Shown here: piece by piece, positions 1 to 8,745 of the stretch
How positions within the stretch are numbered: the first letter of the stretch is position 1
How the letters are laid out: the number at the start of each line of letters is the position of its first letter
From: an uncultured Thiotrichaceae bacterium
Lineage (GTDB): Bacteria > Pseudomonadota > Gammaproteobacteria > SZUA-229
Direction: 5' to 3'
Length of the DNA stretch: 39,389 nucleotides
Assembly: GCA_964500555.1 (NCBI GenBank)
Contig: CAZCOZ010000001.1
Location: 13,708-53,096, forward strand
Position numbers and translations under genes: made by a program
Notes under the pieces: model-generated
Seen by the model: only the letters and a program-made list of their open reading frames with translations
What the model was told of the DNA's origin: nothing
The model's database searches: none

Positions 1-772
1 TTTGTGTTGCTGATTGAACTGATGACTGTTGTAACGGTTGTTGTGAGGATTGTGCTACCAAGTTGGTTACCAGGTGTGCTGCTGACTGTGCCACTGGTTT
101 GTCTGCTGATTGAGTAACTACCTGAGTTGAGTCTCGCCCTATTGACTGTCTTATTTCTGGCTGTTTTATTTCATTACCCAGTAATGGTGTTAATTGCTGT
201 GCTAGCGGTTCTCCTGACTTAGGGACGACTCCTGACTTTATCGATTCATCTAATGACTGTACTGCTGGCCTTATTAATGGCGAAGCGAATAAAGATGGCG
301 ATGAAGATAGATTCAGCTCAGATTTAACATTGTTATCTTTGACCACACCCGTTTCAACAGAATCAGTTTCGACAGAATTCAAAGGCAAGACCTGAGACGT
401 ATCCGTCACAAGTTGATCACCCGTATTCAGTGGCTGTTTTTTATTCTCTATTGGCAATAAGTCAGAAACATCAATATTTAAATCTGTTAAAGAGCGGTCA
501 CCCTCTGCCGATAATTCAGGAAAAACGCCTGTAATCGGCAAACTATTGCCGGCCAGTTCAGTTGCTTCAGACGCTTCATTAGACACGCCATCAGAGACTA
601 ATTGAGCAAAAGCTTTCTGCATCGTTTCACTAAATGAACCTGCTATGAAAGATGAAACACCTGTAGACGTAACGTCAAAGCCATTAATAGCAGTGCTTAC
701 ACTCGGTGTAAGAGTTGGTAAATCAGTTACTTTAATTGCGCCGGTATTGTTTATCGTTAAAATACTATTCAT
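1..772 (-). CDS. fliK: Partial CDS (first 257 codons; the 3' end lies beyond the left window edge): probable flagellar hook-length control protein FliK
   Basis: Absent from the ORF track because it is open at the window edge. ATG at 772..770, with an in-frame TAG at 781..779 just upstream, and the frame stays open to base 1. Translation starts MNSILTINNTGAIKVTDLPTLTPSVS and becomes S/Q/P/V-rich low complexity (..VAQSSQQPLQQSSVQSATQ), as expected for the FliK N-terminal/linker region. It follows fliJ directly, as in polar flagellar clusters, and has its own sigma-54 promoter at 812..827. Confidence 0.55.
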   Translation of the reverse strand, partial: MNSILTINNTGAIKVTDLPTLTPSVSTAINGFDVTSTGVSSFIAGSFSETMQKAFAQLVSDGVSNEASEATELAGNSLPITGVFPELSAEGDRSLTDLNIDVSDLLPIENKKQPLNTGDQLVTDTSQVLPLNSVETDSVETGVVKDNNVKSELNLSSSPSLFASPLIRPAVQSLDESIKSGVVPKSGEPLAQQLTPLLGNEIKQPEIRQSIGRDSTQVVTQSADKPVAQSAAHLVTNLVAQSSQQPLQQSSVQSATQ

Positions 773-811
773 GCTCTGCTATCGGATAATGCCATTAATA
801 GCAATTACTAG

Positions 812-827
812 AGCAAGGTATATGCCA
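812..827 (-). promoter_or_regulatory. Sigma-54 (RpoN) -24/-12 promoter upstream of fliK
   Basis: The minus strand reads TGGCAT-ATACC-TTGCT, against the consensus TGGCAC-N5-TTGCW with correct GG-N10-GC spacing. It lies about 40 nt upstream of the fliK ATG. Confidence 0.7.
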
Positions 828-890
828 GTTTTAAATTTAATTACAGTCCTTTTTAATTAAATGGCATTAAATATTCATCACAAACAAACA

Positions 891-1328
891 CTAATAACCA
901 TCGAATTTTGTCTGCGGACGATTTTCCAGCTCCTTTTGTTCAGCCTGTTCCTTTTGTAAATGTTCAAGTTGTTGCCTGTTTTCAACAACCTTATTAATTA
1001 TCTTACTTTTACTGCGTTTATGTAACCATTCCTGTTGACTGGCTTCGCATTTGTTCTGTTCATTTTCGACAAATTGTCGCTGCTGCGCAATCGCTTCATC
1101 AAGGCGGTTTATAAAAAGTCGATATTCCTGCGCTTGAATAGCCGACAACCCTGATTTTCCAACAGATTCAAAACCTTTTATATATTCATCACGGTAGTTC
1201 ATCAATTCATCCAGCTGTTTTTTTTTCTGTTCCCTTTCTTGTAAAGCTTCGCCATGCAAACGTCCCGCATTATGTTCCTGCTGTTTTCTAATATTTGCGA
1301 TTGGTTGTAATTTCGTTGATTGTTTCAC
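891..1328 (-). CDS. fliJ: Flagellar export chaperone/stalk protein FliJ (GTG start)
   Basis: 145-aa coiled-coil protein. The segment QLDELMNYRDEYIKGF..GLSAIQAQEYRLFINRLDEAIAQQRQFV..QQEWLHKRSKSK..ENRQ follows the pattern of enterobacterial FliJ (..LIDYQNEYRNNL..NYQQFIQTLEKAITQHRQQL..SWREKKQRLQ..ERQ). It sits between fliI and fliK. Confidence 0.8.
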   Translation of the reverse strand: MKQSTKLQPIANIRKQQEHNAGRLHGEALQEREQKKKQLDELMNYRDEYIKGFESVGKSGLSAIQAQEYRLFINRLDEAIAQQRQFVENEQNKCEASQQEWLHKRSKSKIINKVVENRQQLEHLQKEQAEQKELENRPQTKFDGY

Positions 1329-1393
1329 TTTTTAATACCCTAAACTAATATCCAAAGATCAATACTTTTAATTCATACTTGTTCTGCAAGACT

Positions 1394-1849
1394 TCAGCCT
1401 TTTGCAGATCTCATCGCTTTATGCCCAAAAATATCCTTTCCACTGCGTTCATCGGAATCTGTGAGTTCATTTTTTTGTTCTAATGCTTTTTGTTTTATTT
1501 CTTCTTTTATGTCTTTAAATACTTTATTTTTTCCCAACCAAATTTGGTTTGATTTTTCATAATCAGCATGACTTTTATCTACTTTATATGACAGTGTTTC
1601 TACTGTTAAATCGATATGATCCATTAATAACTGAAACTCCCTTACATGTGCCGGTGGCAATCCTGATTTTTTTGCTCTCGCTATTCCTTTTATACATTCA
1701 GTTTTATGTTGCAATAAAACGTCCATTTGTGCCTGTTGCCCTTTCGCCACGCGTTCATAATAATCCATCTCATTATGCGCTTTACTTTCTTCACGTCGTG
1801 CCTGTGAAAAACCATCACCAACTGTTTCTGCATTATCCATTGCCTGCAT
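1394..1849 (-). CDS. Second, divergent FliJ-like coiled-coil protein immediately after fliI
   Basis: 151-aa ORF overlapping the fliI stop by 17 nt (8 nt if the start is Met4). It has the same size, charge pattern and landmark spacing as FliJ (QMDVLLQHKTECIKGI..SGL..VREFQLLMDHIDLTVETL..QIWLGKNKVFKDIKE). The CDS call is solid. The FliJ-paralogue assignment rests on pattern only. Confidence 0.55.
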   Translation of the reverse strand: MQAMDNAETVGDGFSQARREESKAHNEMDYYERVAKGQQAQMDVLLQHKTECIKGIARAKKSGLPPAHVREFQLLMDHIDLTVETLSYKVDKSHADYEKSNQIWLGKNKVFKDIKEEIKQKALEQKNELTDSDERSGKDIFGHKAMRSAKG

Positions 1850-3263
1850 TGCCTCTCATTGCGCCATTGTTGACTAAATCGATCAATTCATTAACGCTCT
1901 GCCCATAAGCAAACGCTTCACTTGTATCCTGTTTTAAAAAAGTTTTTAGCGCTTCATTAAAGTCGATAGCTTCATCTATCATCGGGTCACTACCATACTG
2001 GTAAGCACCGACACTAATAAGATCATGATTTTTTTGGTAAGTTGAATACAATTGTTTAAAACGTTTTGCTGCCTGTTTATGTTCATCCGTAACAACATCG
2101 TTCATCACACGACTGACAGATGCTTCGATATCGATTGCGGGGAAATGCCCTTGTTCTGCAATTGATCGAGATAACATAATATGCCCATCTAATACTGCTC
2201 GAGCAGAGTCGACAATGGGGTCATTGGTGTCATCGCCTTCAGCCAGCACGGTATAAAAAGCGGTTATTGATCCGCCTTTTTCTCCATTATTACCCGCCCT
2301 TTCCACTAAATGTGGCAGCTTTGCAAAAACCGAAGGTGGATAACCTTTGGTTGCAGGTGGTTCACCAATCGCAAGTGCAATTTCACGCTGAGCCTGCGCA
2401 AAGCGCGTTAGTGAATCCATTAGTAATAAAACATTTAAGCCTTTATCACGAAAATACTCCGCAATAGTCGTCGCTAACAATGCACCGTGCATTCGCATTA
2501 ACGGTGGACTGTCTGCTGGACTGGCAACAACAACTGAGCGTTCCAAACCCTGTTCGCCTAAAATTTTATCAACAAAATCTTTTACCTCACGACCACGTTC
2601 ACCAATTAAACCAACAACAATAACATCGGCCTCTGTATAACGCGTCATCATTCCTAACAACACACTTTTGCCAACACCACTACCGGCAAACAAGCCTAAG
2701 CGTTGACCTCGTCCGACTGTCAATAAAGCGTTAATCGCTACCACGCCAACATCAAGTGGTTCATTAATTGCCCAACGTGCTAATGGATTTCCTGGTTTAC
2801 CGGCTAAAGGTAAAAATTCATCGCATTCAATTTCGCCTTTACCATCGAGTGGATTGCCAGCAGCATCAATAACTCTGCCAAGCAATGCATCACCAACGCG
2901 TGCTTTATACATACCCTTGCCGGGAATAACACTGGCATCAGGCATCAATCCTTTTATATCTCCAGTCGGCATTAAATAGAGTCGTTCACCAGCAAACCCG
3001 ACAACTTCTGCTTCGATGTTTCCTTCCGATGAGGACACCAGACAACGCGCGCCAACAGGTGCATGACAACCTACTGTTTCGAGTGTTAACCCAACCATAC
3101 GTTTAAGCTTGCCCTCAACAACTAACGGCGTATTTTTTTTGGCTCGAAGCTGATACTTCTGTAACAGTTCACACCATATAGAACTTCGACTGTAATTATC
3201 AGCCGACGGCTTAATAATAGATTCAGTAACAGATTCAGTCATTACCTTAGAACCTGTCATCAT
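1833..3263 (-). CDS. fliI: Flagellum-specific ATP synthase FliI
   Basis: 476 aa. Walker A is FAGSGVGKSVLLGMM and Walker B is VLLLMDSLTRFAQAQREI. F1/T3SS ATPase signature PPSVF..LPHLVERAG..GSITAFYTVL. Lies between fliH and fliJ. Confidence 0.97.
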   Translation of the reverse strand: MMTGSKVMTESVTESIIKPSADNYSRSSIWCELLQKYQLRAKKNTPLVVEGKLKRMVGLTLETVGCHAPVGARCLVSSSEGNIEAEVVGFAGERLYLMPTGDIKGLMPDASVIPGKGMYKARVGDALLGRVIDAAGNPLDGKGEIECDEFLPLAGKPGNPLARWAINEPLDVGVVAINALLTVGRGQRLGLFAGSGVGKSVLLGMMTRYTEADVIVVGLIGERGREVKDFVDKILGEQGLERSVVVASPADSPPLMRMHGALLATTIAEYFRDKGLNVLLLMDSLTRFAQAQREIALAIGEPPATKGYPPSVFAKLPHLVERAGNNGEKGGSITAFYTVLAEGDDTNDPIVDSARAVLDGHIMLSRSIAEQGHFPAIDIEASVSRVMNDVVTDEHKQAAKRFKQLYSTYQKNHDLISVGAYQYGSDPMIDEAIDFNEALKTFLKQDTSEAFAYGQSVNELIDLVNNGAMRGNAGNG

Positions 3264-3946
3264 TGTGAATCGTCTACGTTCTGTTCATTCATAAGGTGTT
3301 CATCTATCAGGCGCTCACCACCCATTACTTCGGCAATGATTGCATTCATTCTTTTTTCAACACTTGCATCAATCCGTGATGTGTTGGTTAATACGCGACA
3401 GCCTCCCCTTGTTAACAATGGGTCTTCGATAATTTTCCAATTCAGTTCCGTGCTTGTTGATGTTAGTGTATCTCGAATTAACGTCGCATCATCAGGATGT
3501 AACTCAAGTGTTATTTCAGCAGGCGTTGCCGGTAACAGACTTAATGCTTCTCGAACCACCGCGACAATTTCACTGGGAGAAATTTTTAACTCACGCCTGA
3601 CCATCTGTTTAACCACTGCCATACTCAACTGCGCTAATTCATCAACCACCTGATTATCGACATCCGGTAACGGCATCGCCAAAGCGGCCAGTATGGTAGG
3701 GATATGCTCTAGTTGCTCTCGCATTTCTTTCTGGCCTTTAGCCAGCCCTTCCATATAACCTTTTGCATAACTTTTTTCATACGCTTGCTGACTTATTCGT
3801 GCCTGTTGTTCTCCTGTCAAACCATTCATTGAACTATTTTTATTTTTCGGCGCAAAATCATAACTAGAGTCTGTGGTTAAAACCAGATTAGGTGCGCGCC
3901 AGGGTTTGCAGTCATGATTCGATTCGCAATTTACGATCTTAGACAT
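3260..3946 (-). CDS. fliH: Flagellar assembly protein FliH (FliI regulator)
   Basis: The position between fliG and fliI, the 4-nt overlap with the fliI start, and the C-terminal FliH/YscL-like region (..VVREALSLLP...ELHPDDATLIRD...GGCRVLT..SRIDASVEKR) support the call. The ORF-track start at 3967 is a GTG. I prefer the ATG at 3946, which lies 9 nt after an AGGGAG Shine-Dalgarno. Confidence 0.85.
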   Translation of the reverse strand: MSKIVNCESNHDCKPWRAPNLVLTTDSSYDFAPKNKNSSMNGLTGEQQARISQQAYEKSYAKGYMEGLAKGQKEMREQLEHIPTILAALAMPLPDVDNQVVDELAQLSMAVVKQMVRRELKISPSEIVAVVREALSLLPATPAEITLELHPDDATLIRDTLTSTSTELNWKIIEDPLLTRGGCRVLTNTSRIDASVEKRMNAIIAEVMGGERLIDEHLMNEQNVDDSQ

Positions 3947-4961
3947 ACTCATCATCTCCCTTACCACCTATCGTTATATCACCTGCATCGGCAAGTCGTG
4001 TAGCAACGGTTAATATTTCTATTTGCGCATCTTCTACTTCTTTCAGTTTCACTGGCCCCTTCGCTTCAAGATCTTCACGCATCATGTCAGCAGCACGTGA
4101 AGACATATTGCCAAATATTTTCTCTTTGATTGCATCATCAGCACCTTTCAATGCAATGATGAGTTGGTCAGACTGAACATCTCGTAATAGTGTTTGCATG
4201 CCACGGTCATCAATATCCAGCAGGTTATTAAAGACAAACATTTTACTCAGAATTTCTTCTGCCAACTCTGCATCTTGCTCGGTAATCTCTTCTGTAATGG
4301 TTGTTTCTGCTTCGTTATCCATAAAGTTTAATATGTCCGCAGCCACTTTTACGCCACCCACACCCGAGCTCTTTTCGCCCGTACTACTGGAAAATTGTTT
4401 TTCTAAAATTTGATTGAGTTCGTTTAATGCTTCAGGCGTCACACCATCCAATGTAGCAATACGCATTAACACATCTGAACGCGAAGTTGACGGTAAATGT
4501 TGTAATACTTCTGCCGCATGATCACCATCAAGATATGACAATACAATCGCAACAATCTGTGGGTGCTCATTTTTTATAACGACAGACACGGCAAGTGGAT
4601 CCATCCATTTAAGGGAATCCAGGCCTTTGGCATCGCGGCCTAAAAGAATGCGATCAATAACGCTGCCCGCTTTTTGTTCGCCTAGTGCTTTGGTGATCAT
4701 GTTCCTTATATATTCATCAGGATCATTCCCCACACCAGACTGACCATTTGCTACATCCACAAAAGCACCTATCACATTATCGACCTGCTCACTCGAAACA
4801 TTATTGAGCGACGCCATTATTGTGCCAATTTTCTGCACTTCTTTCGGGTCCATATGCTTAAGCACTTCGGCTGCTTTGTGTTCACCCAGGCTCATCATAA
4901 ATATAGCAGCACGCTCAGCACCCGACACATCTTCCAGGCCAGAATCCATGGCATCACTCAT
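3939..4961 (-). CDS. fliG: Flagellar motor switch protein FliG
   Basis: Hallmarks are ERAAIFMMSLGE, EHPQIVAIVLSYL and MFVFNNLLDIDDRGMQTLLRDV. The ORF-track start at 4970 is a TTG. The ATG at 4961 overlaps the fliF stop by 8 nt (ATGAGTGA), which is typical coupling. Confidence 0.95.
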   Translation of the reverse strand: MSDAMDSGLEDVSGAERAAIFMMSLGEHKAAEVLKHMDPKEVQKIGTIMASLNNVSSEQVDNVIGAFVDVANGQSGVGNDPDEYIRNMITKALGEQKAGSVIDRILLGRDAKGLDSLKWMDPLAVSVVIKNEHPQIVAIVLSYLDGDHAAEVLQHLPSTSRSDVLMRIATLDGVTPEALNELNQILEKQFSSSTGEKSSGVGGVKVAADILNFMDNEAETTITEEITEQDAELAEEILSKMFVFNNLLDIDDRGMQTLLRDVQSDQLIIALKGADDAIKEKIFGNMSSRAADMMREDLEAKGPVKLKEVEDAQIEILTVATRLADAGDITIGGKGDDEYV

Positions 4962-6558
4962 CTTTTTCAATCCATGTATTCAGTACCTGCGCGACTCGTT
5001 TTGGGTCTTCTTTGACCATGGAACTTGCTACATCCATTAATTGCTGACCTGTCGGTGGCCGCTGATTACTTAATGTCAGTTGATCATCACCTGGTCGTAA
5101 CGGTTCACCCTGTGATCCATCTGGCAGTGTCGCATACTGAACAAGATTTTCACCCTGTTCAGATAAATTACTTAACATTGGTCGTAATACGCCAAAGGCA
5201 ATGAGTAAAACCACAAGACCGCCGAGTAATTGCTTAACCAAACCTAATGCCCAGGCCTGTTCCCAGATAGGTGTTTCTGGCAATGGCTCAACTTTTTCTG
5301 GCAACTGAAAGGGTGTATTAACAATATTAATAGTGTCACCACGCGCTTCATTTAAACCAACCGTTTCTTTAATCAAACTCGTCAAACGTTGCATCTCTTC
5401 TTCTTCGATGGGTTTACGTTCAACGTTTCCTTTTTTATCAACAATTGTTCGATAGTTAATAACAACGGCGACAGACAAGCGTTTTAATTCAACGGGTGAC
5501 TGACGGCTATGACTAATTGTTCGGTCTATTTCATAATTACGAACTGCACGCGATGAATTATTTATGGTACCTGTCTGGACGCCTTTTTTACCTTTAACGC
5601 TGCCACCTACAGGCGGTTGATTTGATAACGCACCGGGCACGCCTGACGCGTCCGACTGATTACTTTTTTGTTCAAAAAGTTGTTCACTACGTACTACTTT
5701 TTGATCTGGCTGATAACTTTCTCTGGTTTCTTCCAGTGAAGTAAAATCAATATCAGCAACAACCTGTGCCCGAACGCCGGCAATGCCATACATCGGGCTA
5801 ATAATATCGATTATGCGTTTAATGTAACGTTCTTCTAGTTTTCGAGTGTAATCAAACTGGCTACTACTCAGTGACATATCCGAACGATCCGAGTTACTGC
5901 TTAGTAGTCGACCGTTACCATCAACCACAGTAACCCGATCTGCATTTAGCCCCGGCACACTTGATGCAACAATATTTACAATTGAAGCGGTTTGCCCGTC
6001 ATTAATAACCCAGCCTGCAGAAATATTTAATACCACTGACGCCGCTGGCTGTTTATTTTTACGTGCAAAAGCAGACTGTTTAGGAATCGCCAGATGAACA
6101 CGTGCACTTTCAACAATTTTTAGTTTACTAATTGACTGCGCAATTTCACCTTCAAGCGCACGTTGATAACGCGCTTTCATTAAGAAACTATTACTGCCCA
6201 ATCCCTGATTCTCTTCGAGCAGTTCAAAACCAACAACGCCTCTTGGTGATAAGCTGGTTGCTGCAAGTTTCATTCTGGCATTATTTACTTTATCCGCAGG
6301 TACAGAAACACCACCATTACCCTCCAGTTTGTATTTAATACCCGCACTCTCCAGTGACTTTGTTACCTGTGATAAATCTTTTACTGACAAATCACCGTAT
6401 AACATGCTGTAATTTGGTGTTTGCGACCACATTGCAACAGTCACACCCAGGGCAACACTTATCGCTAGTCCAACCATCAAACCTAACTGACGTATAGCAG
6501 GCAAAGAATTAAATCCTTTCGCTCTTAATGCTAAATTATCTGCTGATACCACTGCCAT
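4954..6558 (-). CDS. fliF: Flagellar MS-ring protein FliF
   Basis: 534 aa. N-terminal TM segment (LGLMVGLAISVALGVTVAMW), a periplasmic YscJ/FliF domain (GIKYKLEGNGGVSVPADKV..ARMKLA), and a second TM near the C-terminus (LLGGLVVLLIAFGVL). Confidence 0.95.
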   Translation of the reverse strand: MAVVSADNLALRAKGFNSLPAIRQLGLMVGLAISVALGVTVAMWSQTPNYSMLYGDLSVKDLSQVTKSLESAGIKYKLEGNGGVSVPADKVNNARMKLAATSLSPRGVVGFELLEENQGLGSNSFLMKARYQRALEGEIAQSISKLKIVESARVHLAIPKQSAFARKNKQPAASVVLNISAGWVINDGQTASIVNIVASSVPGLNADRVTVVDGNGRLLSSNSDRSDMSLSSSQFDYTRKLEERYIKRIIDIISPMYGIAGVRAQVVADIDFTSLEETRESYQPDQKVVRSEQLFEQKSNQSDASGVPGALSNQPPVGGSVKGKKGVQTGTINNSSRAVRNYEIDRTISHSRQSPVELKRLSVAVVINYRTIVDKKGNVERKPIEEEEMQRLTSLIKETVGLNEARGDTINIVNTPFQLPEKVEPLPETPIWEQAWALGLVKQLLGGLVVLLIAFGVLRPMLSNLSEQGENLVQYATLPDGSQGEPLRPGDDQLTLSNQRPPTGQQLMDVASSMVKEDPKRVAQVLNTWIEKDE

Positions 6559-6662
6559 TCCTACACCTATACATAATTATTATTGATATTTATTCTTAAT
6601 ATTGATCGTTAAAACCCGTTATTAAAAAAGCATGTCATTAAACGTGTTTACTAAAGCCCTAT

Positions 6663-6738
6663 AAAATTCAAACTTGGAAAATCCAAACCTGGTAAATCTA
6701 GACTTGTAAAATTTAGACCTGCGAAATTTAAACCTGCA
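6663..6738. repeat. Five tandem 15-bp units derived from the 3' end of fliE, each carrying a stop (or TGG) in the fliE frame
   Basis: Minus-sense reading in the fliE frame: ATG CAG GTT TAA | ATT TCG CAG GTC TAA | ATT TTA CAA GTC TAG | ATT TAC CAG GTT TGG | ATT TTC CAA GTT TGA. The first unit is the real fliE end (..MQV*). Confidence 0.9.
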
Positions 6739-7066
6739 TCTTCATTACTTCTTTGTATGCAGAGAGTAAATTGTTTCTAACTTGCGTCAGTGCCTGAAAG
6801 GAAACACTTGATTTTTGACGAGCCACCATCACTTCACTTAAACTGACAGAAGGATCCCCCATTTCAAATGCTGTCGCTAAACTTCCTGCTGCTTTTTGCG
6901 TCTTATTAACCTGGTTTATCGAATCCTTTAACAATTGAGAAAAATCAGGGCCAGCTACCTTTGTCCCTGCCCCTATTACACCAGGTTCAACAGACATTTT
7001 ATTTTCAGCCAACGATGCCATATTGCGCATTTGCTGAATTACTTGATTAATTTCTACGCTACTCAT
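6728..7066 (-). CDS. fliE: Flagellar hook-basal body complex protein FliE
   Basis: 112 aa. The C-terminal part GDPSVSLSEVMVARQKSSVSFQALTQVRNNLLSAYKEVMKMQV is typical of FliE. RBS AGAGGTGA lies 6 nt before the ATG, and the gene is upstream of fliF. Confidence 0.9.
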   Translation of the reverse strand: MSSVEINQVIQQMRNMASLAENKMSVEPGVIGAGTKVAGPDFSQLLKDSINQVNKTQKAAGSLATAFEMGDPSVSLSEVMVARQKSSVSFQALTQVRNNLLSAYKEVMKMQV

Positions 7067-7203
7067 TTTTTATCACCTCTATATACTTATTTATTACAGT
7101 AAGATTAATTAGCGATTACTCTCGTAATCTATATCGACATTGAGATAAAAAGCTTGATGAAAACCGACTATCTTTTGCCAGTTCTCATTATTTTTTAATC
7201 GCG

Positions 7204-8604
7204 TTATACTGGTATAGCAACACCCGCATCTCTCATTTTTGCTAATTTATAACGTAAGGTCCTTGAACTGATCCCCAATCTTTCTGCCACTTCTTTTCGA
7301 CTGTTTTTTGCTTTTAATGCAGAAAGAATCAAATCTTGTTCACGTGCTTTTAAATCACCACTCAAATCCGGCTCTATTTCATCCAGCTCTATCTCATCAG
7401 ATTCTGTTTCCTCTGTTTTGGTTAACGCATCTGAAATCGACTGAAAAATGAATACTTCATTTTCAAGATGAATATCACTTGCTTCAATAACATTTCCTGT
7501 TTTTAGAATGAGCGCCCGCTGTATCACATTATCGAGTTCACGAACATTACCTGGCCACAGGTGTTTGATTAAACGTCTTTTTGCCGTTGCTGAAAAATAC
7601 ACAGCACTTTGAGATATAGCGTTACCAGTAGACGAATAGTGACTTAAAATTTTATTTGCTAACGGTAAAATATCATCAGAGCGATCACGTAAAGATGAAA
7701 TATGCAGTGGAAAAACATTAAGTCGATAGAATAAATCTTCACGAAACTTACCATCAGAAACAGCCTGATAAATGTTTCGGTTTGTTGTCGCCAAGATTCT
7801 TACATCAAGAGAAATAACTTTACGACCACCCAATCTCTCAACTTCACGTTCCTGCAGAACACGTAATAGCTTTGCCTGCAGAGCTAAATCCATTTCTGTT
7901 ATTTCATCAAGCAATAAGGTTCCACCCTGTGCCTGTTCAAACTTACCTACTTTTAATTGATAAGCACCTGTAAACGCGCCTTTCTCATAACCAAAAAGTT
8001 CTGATTCCAGCATATTCTCTGGTATTGCCGCACAGTTGATGGCGACAAAAGGACCTTTTGATCGATTTGAATGTTGGTGAATAAAACGCGAAACCACTTC
8101 CTTACCAACACCCGATTCACCACTAATCATGACGCTGGCATCTGTTAATGCGACTCGTTTTGAAACTTCAGCTAGTTGAATACTTTTATCATCAACCGCA
8201 ATAAAATCATCTGTTTTATCTTTTTCTGCAGATATAACTCGCGGTAATAAATCAGCAAGCATTTCAATAAGTAATTCTGCTTTAATGGGTTTTGTTAGAT
8301 AATCGGAGGCACCATTACGTATCGCCCGCACTGCATTTTCAATGCAACCATCTCCCGTCATTAGAACAAAAGGAATGTCTGGGTATTTTAATTTACAATT
8401 TTTTAATAATTCATGTCCATCCATTGGTGCTATGTTCAAATCACTTAATATCAGGGCTATTTCATTGTTTTCTTTTAGTTGTGAGAGAGCCTGCTCACCG
8501 TTTTCTGCAGTAACCACAGAATATTTTTCTAAATGTAACGCATCAGTTAAAACATCACACCAGGATAGATCATCATCAACAACTAAAATTGTTAACCGGT
8601 TCAT
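7204..8604 (-). CDS. Sigma-54-dependent (NtrC-family) response regulator, FleR/FlrC-like flagellar activator
   Basis: The receiver domain has all canonical residues (D10-D12, D55 in LILSDLNIAPMDG, T83, K105). The AAA+ domain has Walker A GESGVGKE, the sigma-54 contact loop EKGAFTGA and Walker B LLLDEI. C-terminal Fis-type HTH is EVAERLGISSRTLRYKL. No histidine kinase gene is adjacent. Confidence 0.9.
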   Translation of the reverse strand: MNRLTILVVDDDLSWCDVLTDALHLEKYSVVTAENGEQALSQLKENNEIALILSDLNIAPMDGHELLKNCKLKYPDIPFVLMTGDGCIENAVRAIRNGASDYLTKPIKAELLIEMLADLLPRVISAEKDKTDDFIAVDDKSIQLAEVSKRVALTDASVMISGESGVGKEVVSRFIHQHSNRSKGPFVAINCAAIPENMLESELFGYEKGAFTGAYQLKVGKFEQAQGGTLLLDEITEMDLALQAKLLRVLQEREVERLGGRKVISLDVRILATTNRNIYQAVSDGKFREDLFYRLNVFPLHISSLRDRSDDILPLANKILSHYSSTGNAISQSAVYFSATAKRRLIKHLWPGNVRELDNVIQRALILKTGNVIEASDIHLENEVFIFQSISDALTKTEETESDEIELDEIEPDLSGDLKAREQDLILSALKAKNSRKEVAERLGISSRTLRYKLAKMRDAGVAIPV

Positions 8605-8690
8605 AACGTACCTGCCACAACATTATTTGTTTGCAAACTGCAGTGCTGCAAATATTTTTCAATATGGATATTCAATGGTCTTACCCTCGC

Positions 8691-8735
8691 CTATGCGCTT
8701 TTATACAATCCGTTTTTATGCAATCCGTTTTTATG
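8691..8735. repeat. Direct 15-bp repeat (two perfect copies plus a degenerate third) in the leader of the regulator gene
   Basis: CAATCCGTTTTTATG occurs at 8706..8720 and 8721..8735, preceded by the related GCGCTTTTATA. The array lies just downstream of the sigma-54 -12 element at 8746..8750. Confidence 0.85.
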
Positions 8736-8745
8736 AAACCATTAA

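Noticed and set aside
6663-6738. CRISPR array, considered for this and the other tandem repeats (8691..8735, 14978..15020, 21284..21322, 22921..22982, 39306..39376)
   Set aside because: The units are 12-16 bp and directly abutting with no spacers, and no cas genes are present. These are mini/microsatellite-type tandem repeats, not CRISPR.
7067-7203. Separate promoter for fliE (sigma-54-like TGGCAA at about 7176..7181; sigma-28-like GTCGATAT at about 7131..7138)
   Set aside because: The -24-like box has no TTGC at the required spacing (GG-N10 gives TC). The sigma-28-like -10 has only a poor -35 (CAAGCTTT). fliE is more simply read as co-transcribed with the upstream regulator gene.
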